A stretch of 64,000 nucleotides of DNA from Trichoplax adhaerens (Eukaryota; Animalia; Placozoa): the NCBI RefSeq assembly GCF_000150275.1, contig NW_002060946.1, positions 4,421,454 to 4,485,453 on the forward strand, in the 5' to 3' direction. Every line of letters begins with the position of its first letter. Within the stretch, counting starts at the first letter, position 1. Shown here piece by piece: positions 1 to 11,633 of the stretch. The translations under genes and the position numbers were made by a program. The notes under the pieces are model-generated. The model had not been told where the DNA came from and made no database searches. It saw nothing but the letters and a program-made list of their open reading frames with translations.

Positions 1-121
1 GTTAACAACGGGCTGTAAGACGATATGGCGGATATGCAAGTAGTACACATGACGTCATAGACTACGACAGACGGAACGAGACGTAGGACAAAACCGCGTA
101 ACTTTGCTAAGGTGTACAATT

Positions 122-160
122 GGCTCCTTAGCAACAACACTGCTGTGTCACGTTAGCAAC
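122..160. promoter_or_regulatory. Two degenerate RFX X-box-like motifs in a CpG-richer promoter-like segment upstream of the ANKAR-like gene
   Basis: GGCTCCTTAGCAAC (122-135) and GTCACGTTAGCAAC (147-160) both carry the TAGCAAC half-site. A GTAAGA donor at 182 suggests a 5' exon ends nearby. Confidence 0.4.
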
Positions 161-1951
161 GGTATCATGTTTGTCGTCGGGGTAAGACCCCAAGTGCTGT
201 TATGGCCATCACTAATCCAGTCTATTCACACATTACTCTTTCATGATTGAGTAGCTTAACGTACATCGCAGACAAACCTGAGTTTATTGCTACGATTGAC
301 GTCGTTAAAAATATAATAATAATAATTAGCAATTATAATGTTCAAAATCAAGGTACAAATCCTAATAACAACTGTCTTTGCTTTATCATGAGCATCCTAA
401 AGAACTTACAATGATATAGTTAGTGGTTAGCCTTATCATGAAATAATTATCATTGATCGAATTTCCATATCGCTGAATATTGTGGTTCAAGTTGAGCACA
501 AACTGTCTGCATCGTGAGACAATCATTTCATCAATAATTAATCTATAGGTAAGAATGATGAAACAGCACTATCACTCTTCGTTTTTCAAGTTTTCATCAG
601 TAAACGTCATTTCTTTTTTAAATAGAAGTATTAGTATATCCTCTTTCTAGATATTATTCTTGACAGCAGCATCTTTGCTGTATTTCTAACTATTTCAGAA
701 TAATTTATTCACTAGCGAGTATATAGTCATACACTGATTTTAAAAATCAAATATAGTAAATCTCAATGCATGATACTAGAGTAAAAAAAAATAAGAAAAA
801 TGATATCATTTTTCTAGCTCAGTAGAAATGATAATACATCAAATACGTAATAAAACCTATTTAGCTGCAATACTTAAAGAGTTAGTATTTTAATAAATAA
901 AACTTCTACAGCAGATAGTAGAAATATAAGTTATGACGATCATCCTGGAAATTAAATGTATATTGCGTTATTTCATCGTCGATACAACAATATCATAACA
1001 TCTAGAAATTGATAATAGTTAAATTAAATGAAAAGATTAAGTAACACAGCAACAGAATGACTTCTGTCTTTAAAAATTGACAAGGAACGATACTAAATAC
1101 AAAAACTTCATGTACGAAAGTTAACAGGTTAAAATATTATCATGTATATTTTATAGAGGATAACAGAATAGTTTATTTCAATAGAACCAATCGCATCAAT
1201 TAAAACATTTTCTACGATACTCTTTCTTTATCCAGTACCACCAATTATAACATTACGTTTAACATAGAAGAGCCACATTAGTGGCTGGTAAATTAATGCA
1301 TATTCGAATTCGAATAAAAAAACTGAAATAATTCTACAGTGATTAACTAAATTGTTGATTGCCTATTGCTGGCATTGTTTCCATATTTTAGCAGTAATAT
1401 AGAATAACTATATTATAACTCATAATACAGTATACCATAATTAAATTAGCAATGTATATAATAACGGTATTATAAAATCACTAAATAGATACAATATTCT
1501 CATGCTTTTCGATTTTACTGCAATCAAGAAATGTTTTTCATCTTATTTACTTTAATTAATAGATAGACAACAAGACAAACAAGTCCACGACGACCTTGAT
1601 TTATCTTTCAATTATGACCAAGCAATTTTAACTTTGCTTTATTTTTATCGACGATTATTGTCTGACTTCCGATACCCGTCATCAAAAATTTTTTATAAAT
1701 TTTATAAAGTACTTTACTAATTACCGTAAAGTAATCGCAGTGAATTTATACAGCATCACCAATTACTAAAAGCGGCGTACAATTGGTATTTTTTGTACGA
1801 TTGATACTTATAAATTACTTTCAACGATGACAGTTTCATCGTTGCTGGCACGGTTACTTTATTAATTATATTTCATTAATGACTAATGAAAAGCATTAAT
1901 TAGAAAAACAACTAACGTATAGACAGTAAATTAGTAGAGACTACATTCATC

Positions 1952-4754
1952 ATGGAAGAATTAAATGATGCTGGCTTGGATCATATCCATCAAGCTACTA
2001 TATTAAATGATCAAGCGAGTATAATGAGCTTGGTTCAAAGTAATCATCGATTACTTGAACTGAGAACGAACGATTCCAAATGGGTAACGCCATTATTGTT
2101 AGCATGCGAAAAAGGTGTTGTACCAACAATAAGAACATTAGTTGAACTTGATGCTCAAGTCGATGTCTTAAATGGTAATAATCAAAATATTATTCAAGTC
2201 GCAACCCTTCATAATCGTATTTCTGCATTGGAATATTTTGTTCGATTACAACGTAAAGATATACCTGTATTTAAAGTACTCATTTTTATGATCAATATGG
2301 ATTCATCGCCTGATACAGAAAAGGCTGCTGAGGCATTAACAGCATTAATTAAAATGGGCAATATTGACAAAAATCAGTTTTATTCTCATCCTAATAGCAT
2401 ATCAGCTCTAGTAAAAATGTTGAAAAATTCGTATATTGACGACGCTAGGGTTCATATATTAGATTTAGTGAATTTAATTATATCTGAAGAAAGTGTCCAT
2501 AAAGCTTTTGTTGATGAAGACGGTATTACTATCATTATCAAGTTGTTGAACTCAAGCAGAGAAGATGAAATCATACATGCTTTATGCATATTAAAGGAAA
2601 TTGGATTACATGATGATTACAAAGCTATATTGTCGTCCTCTGGTGGTATAACTCAAATTATCAAATTGATTGGTAACACCAAAAATGAAGTTATACAAAG
2701 CGAAGGTACTAAAGCGTTAGCTAACTTTTCTCGTTGTAGCCCATTTATCCAATCCACTATTGGTACCAATGGTGGTATCACTGTTGTAGTTCATTTATTA
2801 AGAAACTCATCGTCAACAGTTGTCTTATTGCCAGCCACACTAGCGCTTGCTAATTTTGTGAAATTACATCAAGAGAATCAAATGACTGCTTTAAAATTAA
2901 ACGCAGTTACACCATTAATGAAATTGATGAGACATAAAATACGCGATATTCAAATAAATGCTGTTCGCGCAATTCATGCTATTGCTGAACGTAATCCCAG
3001 TGCTCAGCAAGATATTTGGCAAAGATCAGGTTTAGTACCGTTGATTAACACCTTAAAAAGGACCCGACAACAAGAATTTCAAGAAGCGACAGCAGAAGCG
3101 TTGTGGGCTTTAGCTGGAACGGAAGATGATGGCCAACGTAACATGGCTAAACTTGTTGGAATTAACGTCTTAGTTAGTTTACTCGGAACTTTATCCGATA
3201 AATTGCACTTTATCAGTTCTGAAGCATTACGTGTTTTAGGTGATGGATCTGATACTAAAAAAGATGCAATTGCATCCGAGGGGGGTATATCACAATTAGT
3301 TAGAATATTAAATTCAGCGCGTCAACAAGTTCATTTAAGTGCAATCCGCACACTGCGTATATTAGTCATGCATATTGGTTATAAGCCACATGTAAATAAT
3401 CAACGGTTAGTCGCTCAAGCTGGTGGAATCCGATTATTAGTGAAATTTTTAACGCAAAATCGTCCAGAGTTAATCCAGGTTGAAGCAGCATTAACATTAT
3501 CATATACTGCTTTAAATAATAAGGACGTCATCCAGTTAATTTATAAGGAAGATTTTAATTATATCCTTATCCTAAGGCTTATGTACTCCAAAGATGATCT
3601 AGTACGACTATTAGCTGGTTCAGCATTAGCAACATTTGCCTTCAATAACAATGTGCAACAAAAACAGATTGCGTTAGCTGGTGGCGTTCGCTATCATTCG
3701 CTTTTACCTTTCCTACAAAGTCAAGATGAATTTTATTGTGCTAATGCTGCATTTCAAGTTGCTGTCCTTTCGCGAATAATACCTGATGAGGAACCAGCAA
3801 CTTCGTCAGCAATTGGCATTAAAGTTTTAGTCGATTTATTAGACTCTAAGAATCAAAAATCTCAAGCACTAGCAGCAAATTGCATCGCTCGCTTAGGTCA
3901 TACACGTGCTGGAATTCCGTCTGCTATAGTTTCTATAGGGGCTGTACCGCGATTAGCTAAGCTGCTAACATCATCGTCAGAGTTATGTCGTGAAGCCGCA
4001 GCAAAAGCTTTAGGATATCTAACTGCTAATCCTATGGGTGAAAGACAACTATTAAGTATTTGTCGCCGTGATCAGTATTTGGTAAAAATATTATTGCATC
4101 ATACCGGCAAAGGTGGCGTCTCAAAAGCCTTTCTACATGGCTGGAAGCATTCAAAAAGGGTTGGATTGCCACCAATCAAGTGAGTACTGTACTATAGCCT
4201 ACAGTAATAAGTTTTCAATTATTTATTAATTATCATCTATTTTATCATTCTGAACGTACGGTAGTACTAGCAGTGTAAAATGTAAGAAATTTTACCGTGA
4301 TTATGTACTTTAAACATTTGTAGCGGGATTTGATAAAAGATCGTTTTTAATTTACTGCCTCTAGAGAGAGCAGCAATACAGCTTCAAGAATTTTTCATAC
4401 TGAATACGAAAATAGAAAAACTAGAGGTAATTTATCACAACAGAAAACAAACAATAACTACTATTTCTGTAATGCATTCATAACGTACATAATAGTAAAC
4501 TAGGTTGCTATGATCACAAGACTTAAAAACAGTCTAATCGGTGAAAATTAAAAAAGATTTAGTATAACGTTTGCTTATATTCATTTGTAAAATTAGAGCG
4601 CGGAGATACATTCCTTGTCACTTTTGGTCAATATGAACCTGAACAACTGGAAATTAACGATCCCGTGCAAAGTAACAGTAGACCTCCTTCACCAATAGGA
4701 CATGATGACGGAGTTGAAACTCAATCTAATGTATCGGAAGCTATTGCTTACTGA
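1952..4754 (+). CDS. ANKAR: Ankyrin and armadillo repeat-containing protein (ANKAR-like), 3 coding exons
   Basis: The 743-aa ORF has N-terminal ankyrin repeats (TPLLLACEKG) followed by many ARM repeats. Donor GTGAGT at 4180; exons 1952-4179, 4365-4426 and 4597-4754 splice in frame to TGA at 4752-4754. The true 5' end may lie upstream (frame open from 1916, acceptor at ~1922). Confidence 0.8.
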
Positions 4755-5784
4755 ATTTAATATTGCTGATAAAATCAATTTAAATCGTTTATTTGTATTT
4801 AATGTAATATACTATTAGTAATGATTGAAAAATAAATTTCGTTATTGATACAGTTAACTCAAATTTAATTTCACATTTTGACTAGTTGAATTATTAAGGA
4901 ATTGTAGAGGGTAGAGCCTAATACAATACCTAAATAGCAAGATAATTCTATATACGAGAATTACAATTCTGTATAGAGGTAAGAAATTTCTTACCTCTAT
5001 GATACTCTAGTATTGTATATTAATACCAACTTACAGATTCCAGCTAAACCTAACCACTGTATATTCCCATGTATAAATAACAGCAACTACATTAGTAGAC
5101 GTACATGGGTATAAATCAGCATTCTATGCAGGGAATACATCAATTTGTAAATATCGTTAAAAATCATTGCCAATAAAATTAAAAATGATTTCTTCAAAGA
5201 ATGGATTGTTATACAACACCTTAGTAACAATCAAAATACAAAATACTGCCTAAAATAAGTTATTGTTAATAGTCAACAATAAAGCTTTATCACTAAACCA
5301 GACAGGAATATTATTTTATTTTTGTCAGCAATTAAAGATGATAAACACACAATCTTGATGTTTCTAGAACCAGTAAAATTAAGTTTTCTATGTAATTAAA
5401 AAATTCTTCAATTATAATGAATACTTTAGTTTCATAGTTTACAAGAAGCTAATTCATAATGGATTAGGGGATAAATTACTTCTTCTCACTTGCTACGTAT
5501 AACTTTATTCAAATAGACATTGTATAGTTTCTATTAATATTGAATAAAGAAACGGAACAAGCATTGGGTAATAATTCAGATCTGAATACACAGTGTATGC
5601 ATACATATGTATAAAACACTTAATCATGTGATATGATCCGCTAAATTACGGGTTTTGATTACTTATACAATAATCAGAAAAGTGCAGGTTCGTTGCATTA
5701 TAGCAGACATTTTTGGAGTGAATTTCGCCGCTGTAGAAAATTAGAAGTTTATATACATTTCTTAAAATCGTAAATTACGTCAAT

Positions 5785-8061
5785 TCAATCCATAGCTAAA
5801 CATTGATTGACTACTTTTAATAAGTTACTGTTTTCCATAGCTGCAGCAACGCGTTCTTTATCGGCTAGTTGTTTATTCACTATAAAACAGTGACAGGTAG
5901 CGATATTAGAAACAGATTGACAGTACGCTTGTTGTCAAATGTGATTTTACATCTGTAAGATTAGTTATTTGTGATTATGAGTTTCAGGTAGAGTTGAACT
6001 TGTAAGTTTAAATTTACTTACAACACCAACATTATTTAATTAAAATTCTGCCATGGCCACCAACTGTGATAATAATGTAGTAATTAAGTATAATCCTCAC
6101 CTGCGATTTCAGAAGAATGAGACCCTGGCGTGACCGTGATATCAACCTGTAAAATAAATGAATATAGTTTAAAGTATTCGCGCACAGATCTGCGCAAAAT
6201 TTATTGCTCTTTTAGTAGCAAAGTGAATATATGCCGAGTTGGATAGTATAATGCACAGGAACAATAAACTATACGAGTACTGTACAATCTATTTGGTTTG
6301 CAGTTGTGTATTTAGTAATATAGTTGACCGGTACCCTGCGATCATACTCATCGTCCAAACGAAGATTTGCCACCTAAAAGTATTTACATGCTATAGTACT
6401 GCAGGAACTACTAAAAAGGAAAGAAAGAGGGATGTTAAACGGCAAAAACAAAGTGGAGCTCTATCCTTTTTAGTAGTCCTTGTATAAAATATCATTTTAA
6501 GATCAATTTGCGCACGCGTATTAGATCTCGTAGAGAATAAAAAATTCTGGAGGTAACGGGGTTCGAACCCGTGGCCTCTCGCATGCAAAGCGAGCGCTCT
6601 ACCGCTGAGCTATACCCCCCAGTTCCTGGCGGTATAGCTCTTATAGATTATAAAAGTCGAACGGCGATGACCGCCACCATTCTACATACTGTAGAGTTGT
6701 AGTTATAGTTACATGCTGCTAGCTTTTGGAAAGGACATTGATGGACCTGCATGTAACTCTTTAGGGTCCATGATCATCCACTTTCTAAGCTTTAAATTAC
6801 AGCAGTTATCACAAAACAAGTTAAACTGCTGTACTATACATTAGGCTTATTGTTCACGTACTGTACTCAATTAGTTGATTAATTTAGAACCAAACAAGAA
6901 TGTTATGTAATGTGCAGTATTTACATCCTAGATGTTACTAAGGAATTAATAATTAGTTTACAAAATGTATCGAATAGGATTTTATTTTTAGTTAAAAATC
7001 ATTGCCACATTGCGGGTAGCGGATACCTTGTATGTCATAAATACATTAATATACTGGAATGATATCTAGTAGTTCGTAAAATGGCAGTAACATGCCAGCA
7101 CCTACCTTAAATCTTTCAGGTAACGATCTAATGAGACGCACACGTATGCACAAACCAATCAATGTAGCCATACTACAATGTGGAATAGTCGGTGTAAAGT
7201 GAACTTTAACAAAGTTGTTATCATCGTCCACGTCAATTTTGCATTCCTCTACAACATTTAGCTCTTCTAGTGTTAGTGGATGTTCAGGATCGTTGATTGA
7301 TCGAATAATATGTATCAAAGAGTTAAGGTAATAGATAAATAGCATGAGATTGAATAGAATGTCAGATATTCTCAAGAACATTGCATTCTTAGAGTTAATA
7401 TAATCATAAAGTAGCTTAGAAAAATAATAAAGATATCAATGATACTAAAAGTCACGGTTATTTACAGCATATTATAGACCGTACTATTCGTACATAATAA
7501 AATTCAGCAGACAGTAAGTAGAATTACATGATAAATTAAAGAAAAATAATTCGCGTTAATATAATAATTATTATACGCTCAAATACATGCAGAAATCTTC
7601 AACTTAACGAAATAAGAAGGTACCGTTCGACCTGCAACGAGAAGCTCTTCAAGAAGGTCAACACTATACACGTAGTGTATAATATATACACTTCGACTAC
7701 AAGTTCTCATCATTGTATTATCTATTATGTTATAAGCTATGATTTCGTTGCTGCATTCGCTTTTTTATTACACCTTAATGAGAATAGACCTAGCGTGATG
7801 ACTACATCGACGAATTCGAAGATTTGATCACGAGCCTAATAGAAGTAACATTACTATCATTTGCACACTATTTTACTACCAGTAGACAAATACACAATAA
7901 CAAATAATTCAAGTTTGTAGGATATCAAATATCTCTCGTTCGTCAATTTTATCCACGATATTATCATCTAATTCTTCGGGAAGTATTTCTCTTTCTTTCG
8001 ATTTCGAAAACACCGTGGGATTGATATTTTCCAATCCGATGGCACTAGAAAATTTCGACAT
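5785..8061 (-). CDS. CIAO2B: Cytosolic Fe-S assembly component 2B (MIP18/FAM96B), 4 exons
   Basis: Exons 8061-7926 ([18 protein letters not shown]...EREIF), 7311-7106 ([21 protein letters not shown]...[22 protein letters not shown]...ERFK), 6146-6101 ([15 protein letters not shown]) and 5879-5785 ([17 protein letters not shown]...NQCLAMD*). These contain the hallmark FAM96B motifs. Confidence 0.95.
6548..6619 (-). tRNA. tRNA-Ala (anticodon UGC), intronic in CIAO2B
   Basis: The minus strand reads GGGGGTATAGCTCAGCGGTAGAGCGCTCGCTTTGCATGCGAGAGGCCACGGGTTCGAACCCCGTTACCTCCA. It forms a full cloverleaf with the G3:U70 Ala identity pair and A/B boxes, followed by an oligo-T Pol III terminator (~6539-6544). 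Confidence 0.97.
7312..7925 (-). other. U12-type AT-AC intron (CIAO2B intron 1)
   Basis: 5' end ATATCCTAC; branch site ACCTTAAC about 10 nt before a terminal AC (…CTTTGATAC). Splicing restores G|AT = Asp in EIFD|IIRSINDPE. No suitable AG acceptor lies nearby. Confidence 0.9.
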
Positions 8062-8994
8062 GTCGCTTGCAGTTATAATAAGTTGGCGCTACTGGCTACT
8101 GCTACTGTACTGGATGGGGTTCTACGTATGTAGTAGTTTCGTGAATGAGTTCCTTACTTTATATACTGCTGTAAACCGTACCGTGCTGAGTGATTTTATT
8201 GGATCATAAGGAATAATCGTTCGCATTAATAATGTCATCTATAGCGACAACTTTTTACTTCAAATAGTAGGAAAATATGGTCCTTAGACATGACATCATT
8301 TTTGATTGGCGTTTTACACACTTAGACTGGCAAATAAAATTCCTATAGGTGACATCCTTTTTGTACACTTTGGGGTATTTTTTTTTAGTTATCTTCGATA
8401 GAGTATTAAGTTCTTACTCGTTGCTCTATTATTGACTGGGTAGTATAAGAATAGTTGTGCAAAAAAGTTGTCACCCTTTGGTTCTATCCAATTTGCCAAT
8501 GAAGCAAGTACCGCATCATATTGTGTTTTCTGCTAATTAATAAGTCGCTACAAAACACTCCTGACTATGGCTATTTTATCGATACTGTACCTAAATAAGC
8601 AATGATTTGCATAGAAATCTTATACCTCCATTAGTAAAGTTGCCTCTAGAGCATCGTCTTGTTCAGCCTACCTTTACTATTAGCACTACTGCACTCAGTA
8701 CCGTATGGTACAGCTTACAGTAGGGATCATCACGCACATGACACGATCAGTGTGCATGTGCAAACGCGGCTGCAGCTCCTCTCCTTTCTCGTTAAGACTC
8801 CGAGCCGCCTTCGTCTGAAGGAGAATATGCCAAGTTGCCATCTAAGCCTATCTTCCATGTAGAAGTGAAACAATTGCAATATAATTCCATCCTAATTTGT
8901 GGTAGATAGTAAATCCTTATGCAAGATGACAACGATTGCACTCGTTAATCTTAAAATGAAAGCATGCAATTTATCGGGTCGTGGTGGATCGTCC

Positions 8995-10779
8995 ATGGCA
9001 CGTCTGTTGCAGGTAGCAGTGCATGATTTAATAGAAGACATACTGTTTACAGTAGAAGTATAGAGAAGATAGAAATTGATTAAGGATATTACATATCGTA
9101 GAATCAACGACAACCAATTTTAATTTGTTGATAGATGTATAGTATGCTAATAAATGATGGAATGATAATAGAGGGATGTAGTTGGTTCTATGATATCGTA
9201 CTAAGGCGTTACAAATTTCATTCTTAACCAGGGAAGACGAACATTGACCAGCCTTGTTGCACGTTCACATCTTCGTAGTTGCTCTAGAGCTCCACTGTCT
9301 TGCAATCAATCTCATCACAATAATTTACCTCATCATCATAATATTAGTAATAACTTCATCAATCAATCATTGCCCATGACTGGTCTCAGTTTTTGTAGAT
9401 ATCAATCTAATATTCCCAATAACGATGAATTTATTCAAGATCAAGCTGCTACAGCCAATAGTGTGGAGTCGTCGATGAGTACGCCAATATCGACATCCGA
9501 TCTATTATCGGATGCTGCCTTCCATGTAAATGATACTCATGTTGGTCAAACGTTAGCGGATTTAGGTTTAGGTGGCTATACACCTATTGGGTTATTGCAA
9601 CATGCCATCGATAGCTTGCACTCTTATGTTGGATTACCGTGGTGGGGATCAATTATGGTGGCTACAGCTATTTTACGTGCTTTAACACTACCTCTAGTAG
9701 TACGATCCTATCGTAACTCGGCTAGAATGAATAATATCTCACCTACTGTTAGCAGATTGATGAATAAGATGAGGGCAGCTCCGACTCAGCAAGAAGCTGC
9801 TTTGTATTCGCAAGAACTTAGGCTACTATTCCAAAAACATAATTGCAATCCTTTCAAAAGTCTTATTTCTCCTTTATTGCAAGTCCCTGTATTCATCTCC
9901 TTCTTTTTAGGCTTACGTCGAATGTGCACAGCACCGCTGGAAAGTATGAAAGATGGCGGAATGTATTGGTTTACTGATTTAACTGCTGCTGATCCATATT
10001 ATGTCCTACCTGTATTATCGTGTGTGACGATGCTTCTGACCTTAGAGGTATAACTTGAACATATCTCACAGCATACAACATCAAATCATTTCTACACTGC
10101 ACTCGTTTAACTTTGTAAGAGAATAATGGCCAATCTTTATTTACTCTATACCCTACAGTTAGGTACCGAAGTCGGAGCCCGTAATTCTGGAATGCAACAA
10201 CAAGCAACAATGAAAGTTATGAAGATAGTCTTTCGATTCCTAGCTATTGGAATGTTGCCCGTTACAGCTCAATTTCCTACCGTAATTAATTAATACTTAC
10301 TGGTATATTTAATTATGGTTCACTACTACCACGTTATTAACCATTTTTAAATCCCTACGCTGTTGCCTAGGCTATATTCTGTTACTGGTTGACATCAAAT
10401 AGCTGTTCAATGTTACAAATGGTAATCTTAAATACTCCAAGAATTCGTAAATCCTTTGGTATACCAGAACTAATAAAAGTTGAACCTCCTCCGGAAGAAA
10501 GTAAGGATAAAGGCATTGCCAGCAATTTTAAAACCGGTAAGCTAGCCGTGCTATATCATATGCTTATGTCTAGTTTTAACGACAAACTATAGTACATCAA
10601 GACTACGCAATTAATATTTTAATATATATGGTATAGCTTATAATGCTGCAAAACAGAGAACGGTTGTAGAGCAACAGCGAAAATCACGAGAAAAAGCGTA
10701 TAAGCAAGCACTAAATGTATCAGCGCAAGACCTCGTTAAGCAAAATCCTAGACATAAGAAAAAAAAGAATAAACGCTAG
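8995..10779 (+). CDS. OXA1L: Mitochondrial inner membrane insertase OXA1L, 5 exons
   Basis: Exons 8995-9012, 9232-10047, 10159-10281, 10371-10536 and 10637-10779. Arg/Ser-rich presequence; YidC/Oxa1 motifs GLPWWGSI, PLLQVPVFISFF, GGMYWFTDLTAADPYYVLP, AIFCYWLTSN; basic C-tail. Confidence 0.93.
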
Positions 10780-11633
10780 GCGTGAGGAAACTTGCCTATA
10801 ATGCCTCTACAATATTAATACTTTCTTCGTCAGGTTCACTCTGTAATATTGCTATCAAAGCAGATATATGCTATTATTCTTTCTGTAATTTTGGATTAAT
10901 AAGTTTATGATAAACCTTTACCTGACTATCCGATGTAATGAATGCAAGATAATAACTTAATGTTCATAATAATAAAAGTCATACGCTATAGGGTTAAGTT
11001 CTTTCTTTAACTTTATGACTTTTTAATATAAACAAAATTTTGAAAGTCTTTGCTATTGTCATGGCGTACTGTGTAGTCCAATTATGTCAACGCTTGCATG
11101 ACAAGCTTAGCAATTATTTAGAAATCAGTATCTCTATGTTGTTTCATCCATGAGTTGCATATCAATGGAAAGTATTTATTGCATCTGAATTTTATCTCGA
11201 AATTGATTTATACCGTGCTTTAGCACCAATAGATCTATGGATTTGGATTAGCCCTTTTTATTTTAGACTTTTATCGAAACTAAACTTCAGAAATGATATC
11301 CAACTATTCATTCAGGGAAATTAACAAATTTTCGTTCTGATTATCTACAGACATAAATGGAACTATAGCAAGTCACGTAGACTAAGAATATCAAATAGTA
11401 TATGTTCATCAAAAAATTATTATCGTGAGAATACTTCAAGAAGATAAACCTTCAATGGAACTAACATGATGTCTTCTGTAAAGATTACATGAGTCGATGC
11501 GATACATTTTGAAATATTAAAATGGGAAATTGCGGTTAACAATATCGCAGTCCTGCTTAAACTTGTATGTAACAAGTTCATAACAGAACATTTGCTCTAT
11601 ACACAACATTAATAGCAAATTTATTAAATAGAA

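Noticed and set aside
6239-6588. Short ORFs 6239-6487 (+) and 6391-6588 (-)
   Set aside because: They are intronic or overlap the tRNA, with no recognisable protein features.
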